This document shows, piece after piece, positions 61,549 to 64,000 of a stretch of DNA of 64,000 bases (positions within the stretch are counted from its first letter, which is position 1; each line of letters opens with the position of its first letter). The stretch lies in the IMG/VR virus record IMGVR_UViG_3300037307_000721. One strand, given 5' to 3'. A program made the position numbers and the translations under genes. The notes below the pieces were generated by a model. It was not told the origin of the DNA. It was given only the letters and a program-made list of their open reading frames with translations, and made no database searches. This DNA comes from a virus.

Positions 61549-62363
61549 GCGGCCCGGAGGCGCCCAACCTCTGCCGCGTCTGCGGCCTGCCAGTGCCCCG
61601 CCCCTCCATGGGTGGGCCGGACCTCTGCCCAGCGTGCGACTGCGGCGTCTACCGGGACGGCACGCCGTGGGACTTCAAGGAAGCGACGAACCCAGAGCTC
61701 GTCCGGGAGCGCGCCCAGCTCCGCGAGGAGGACGGCTTCGGGTTCCTGGCGCCGGCGCGCGCCCGGCCGCTCAGGCCCCAGGCGCTGGCGACGCTCAAGA
61801 GCATGCTCGAGCGCGCCCAGGCCGCCGGCCAGCGAGGACGCCCGGGCGCTGTGCGTCGCCATCGAGTGCATCGAGCAGCTGCCCAGGCTGCGCAACGCCA
61901 CCGAGCCGGCCGAGCCCTACCGCCGCGGCGCGAACTGGACGCCGCCGGCGGAGGAGCGCCTGCGCTGCTTCTTCGGGCGGGGCGAGGTCTGCGCCCTGTG
62001 CGGCAAGCACATCCGCGAGCACTTCGGCGGCACCGAGTACCGCTGCGATCCCCACCCATGAGTGCCCGACGCTTCCCCGTCCTCTCGCCCACCAGCCGCA
62101 AGCAGCGTGAGCTCCGCGAGCAGCTCGGGTGCCCCACCTCGGTCCCCTGGGAGATGCTCGCGCCCCACGAGGAGCGCGCCCGGCGCAACCACGACCAGAG
62201 CCTCGAGCGCCTCGCCGAGCGCGGAGGCCTGTCCCCGATGGAGATGGTCTGCGTGCTGGGGGACAAGCGCTGGGTGCCTACCGAGCCAGCCTGGGCCATC
62301 CTCCGGCTCAAGGAGCTGGTGGCGGAGTGGGAGCTGCGCACTCGAGCTCTCGGAGCGACCTAA
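61545..62363 (+). CDS. Zn-ribbon ORF from 61545 (probable frameshift near 61830 into frame ending 62061) and separate ORF 62058-62363
   Basis: Coding-like sequence switches frame; ATGA overlap at 62058. Confidence 0.45.
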   Translation: MSGPEAPNLCRVCGLPVPRPSMGGPDLCPACDCGVYRDGTPWDFKEATNPELVRERAQLREEDGFGFLAPARARPLRPQALATLKSMLERAQAAGQRGRPGAVRRHRVHRAAAQAAQRHRAGRALPPRRELDAAGGGAPALLLRAGRGLRPVRQAHPRALRRHRVPLRSPPMSARRFPVLSPTSRKQRELREQLGCPTSVPWEMLAPHEERARRNHDQSLERLAERGGLSPMEMVCVLGDKRWVPTEPAWAILRLKELVAEWELRTRALGAT

Positions 62364-62398
62364 GCGACTTATCACGCGCGCGGCGCGCGTGAGTGCGA

Positions 62399-62866
62399 TC
62401 AGATCAGGCCCCGGGCCAGGTGCCGGGATGCTTCAGGCCGAGGCGGCAAGCACCGCGGCTCCGGCACGCGCGGCGACTCGCGCTCGTCCCTCCAGTCGCA
62501 GCCGGCCGAGCAGTCGGTGACCTGGAGCTCGGACGCACCAAGCGTACCTCGGACGAGCTGGATGATAGCCTGGGCGTCGAACTCGCGGCAGGAGTAGAGG
62601 TCCATGTGGAACTCGCCGCGGGCGGGCCAGGTGTGGATGGCGACGTGGGACGTGGAGAGGCAGCCCAGGACCGAGATGCCGCCCTCATCCTCGAAGGGCT
62701 CCCGGTTCATCTTCCTCAGGTCCAGCTCTACCCGGTGAAGCTGCGGTTCGCCGAGCAGGGTCATGCCGGCGGACCTGACGCTCGCCTGGACCAGCCCGGT
62801 CACCAGCTTGTCCGAGTCGAGCACCGCGGGGCTCGCGCCCCGCCCGAGGATCTTGATGTGCTTCAT
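62399..62866 (-). CDS. speD: S-adenosylmethionine decarboxylase proenzyme (class I)
   Basis: GGISV...LST|SHVAIHTWP...DLYSCREFD. Confidence 0.88.
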   Translation of the reverse strand: MKHIKILGRGASPAVLDSDKLVTGLVQASVRSAGMTLLGEPQLHRVELDLRKMNREPFEDEGGISVLGCLSTSHVAIHTWPARGEFHMDLYSCREFDAQAIIQLVRGTLGASELQVTDCSAGCDWRDERESPRVPEPRCLPPRPEASRHLARGLI

Positions 62867-63540
62867 CGACTTGCCCTCCCGCGCGAAGAGCAGGTTTAAC
62901 CCATGGTCGCTCCAGGCCTATCCCTGAGAAACAGAAGCACAGGATGACGAAGTGCGCGCGGGATTGCAAGAGGAAAGTGTGAGACGCGCCCACAGCCCAT
63001 ATAAGAGGACAAGCGAACGCCCCGCCCGGGAGGGGAACCGGGCGGGGAGCTCAGGAACGGGTTGCCCTTGGAGACCCGTGGTCGGGGAGGGACCGACCCC
63101 GGGCGCGTCGGGTTCCGGCTGTCAGCCACCCGACCAGAGGCACAGAGGAGGAACCGGCCAGCACTGAGCAGGATAGCAAGGTTGCGCCGGTGGGTCAAGC
63201 CCAAGCGGGCTCGAGTGTGCCCACGGTGTGCCTTTCGGTGTGCCGTTCCGTGCCTCGCGGGTCCGCGGAGGCCCATCGTGTGCCCGCCTGTGCACGGCAC
63301 CCCCGCTCCCAGCAGCTATGACGCAGTGCGTCATGAATGCTGCAGTGCGTCATGAAAAAGTGGAGCGAGAGGGGGGAGTAGGTGATAGGAGGTCTCGTTA
63401 TCTGGGGCCCCGCTCGCGAATCGCGAGCACGTGCCCCCCCGGGGCACGAGCTCGCGCTCCGCTCGCGGTGCGAGCGGAGGTGCGTGCTCCGCACGCACCG
63501 CAGGTGCTCCGCACCACGCACCTGCGGTGCATGGTGCGTA

Positions 63541-63601
63541 GTGCGGGACACGCTGCGCGTGTCCCGCACGAGGGGACCCCTACCAGGGGTAGGGGTCCCC
63601 T
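63541..63601. repeat. two adjacent perfect inverted repeats
   Basis: GTGCGGGACACGC-tgc-GCGTGTCCCGCAC; AGGGGACCCCTACC-agg-GGTAGGGGTCCCCT. Confidence 0.85.
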
Positions 63602-63639
63602 GAATCGCGCGGGCGCGATTGTCCGGGGGTACCCCTTGT

Positions 63640-64000
63640 CCCGGACGCGCGCGCGCGAAACGCGCGCGCGATGGTCCGGGACACGCGGGGTACTGCGTAC
63701 CCCGGGTGCGCGCGTGCGCGCGATCCCGAGACACGCGGAGATCGCGGGCGCGCGCAGGCGCGCGCAGGCGCGCGTGCGCGCGGGCGATCCCCCCAGAGAT
63801 CGCGCACGCGCGCGGGCGCGTGCGCGCGGGCGCATGCGCGTGCGATCCCCTCGAGTCCCAGAGATCGCGGGCGCGCGCGCGCGGGCGCGCACGCATGCGC
63901 GCGGGCGCGATGGCACGCACCACGAACCACGGACCACCAGAGATCGCAGGCGCGTGCGCGTGCGCGTGCGCGTGCGCGTGGCGCGTGCTCCGCGGGATCG
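63640..64000. repeat. GAGATCGC-(CG)n-GCGATCCC repeat units
   Basis: GAGATCGC at 63738, 63796, 63861, 63940; GCGATCCC at 63720, 63784, 63842; alternating purine-pyrimidine spacers. Confidence 0.8.

Noticed and set aside
63720-63950. CRISPR array from the GAGATCGC repeats
   Set aside because: The repeat is only 8 nt, spacers are low-complexity and similar to each other, spacing is irregular, and no cas genes are present.

Overview
This window is a 64-kb slice of a large, GC-rich tailed-phage genome. No integrase, terminase, major capsid, rRNA or CRISPR array was seen. The host is unknown; lipoproteins, a Fis-type HTH, DsrC and sigma70-type promoters suggest a high-GC diderm such as Myxococcota or Desulfobacterota (inference). 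Layout from left to right: (1) 1-8346, minus strand, head module with portal, a small ORF, a 1797-aa polyprotein and a truncated scaffold. The polyprotein carries ASCH-like x2, a pol-beta nucleotidyltransferase, LigD-type 3'-phosphoesterase, a His-rich module, an ATP-dependent ligase and an XkdF prohead protease. (2) 8411-20135, plus strand, virion structural and lysis genes including a metacaspase and a permuted papain amidase. (3) 20059-35700, regulators, nucleotide metabolism (dNMP kinase, ThyX, dNK, HAD nucleotidase, MazG-like, TSCPD), a DNA MTase, macro, DHH, SLOG and a glycosylase. (4) 35.8-57.3 kb, minus strand, a 'translation island'. It holds about 46 canonical tRNAs covering all 20 amino acids, homing endonucleases fused to tRNA 5' ends, PTH2, DsrC/TusE, an SRP-RNA-like hairpin and several unknown structured RNAs. 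It also holds a promoter-driven operon of four tRNA/Y-RNA-like chimeras, then TROVE(Ro60-like)-vWA, a candidate E2, JAB, Ubl(-GG), HNH and E1, with a circularly permuted copy of the chimeric RNA 3 kb away. (5) 57.5-62.9 kb, small probable early genes and AdoMetDC. (6) A non-coding, (CG)n-rich, hairpin-repeat right end. All calls come from motif recognition and hand-folding; no database searches were run.
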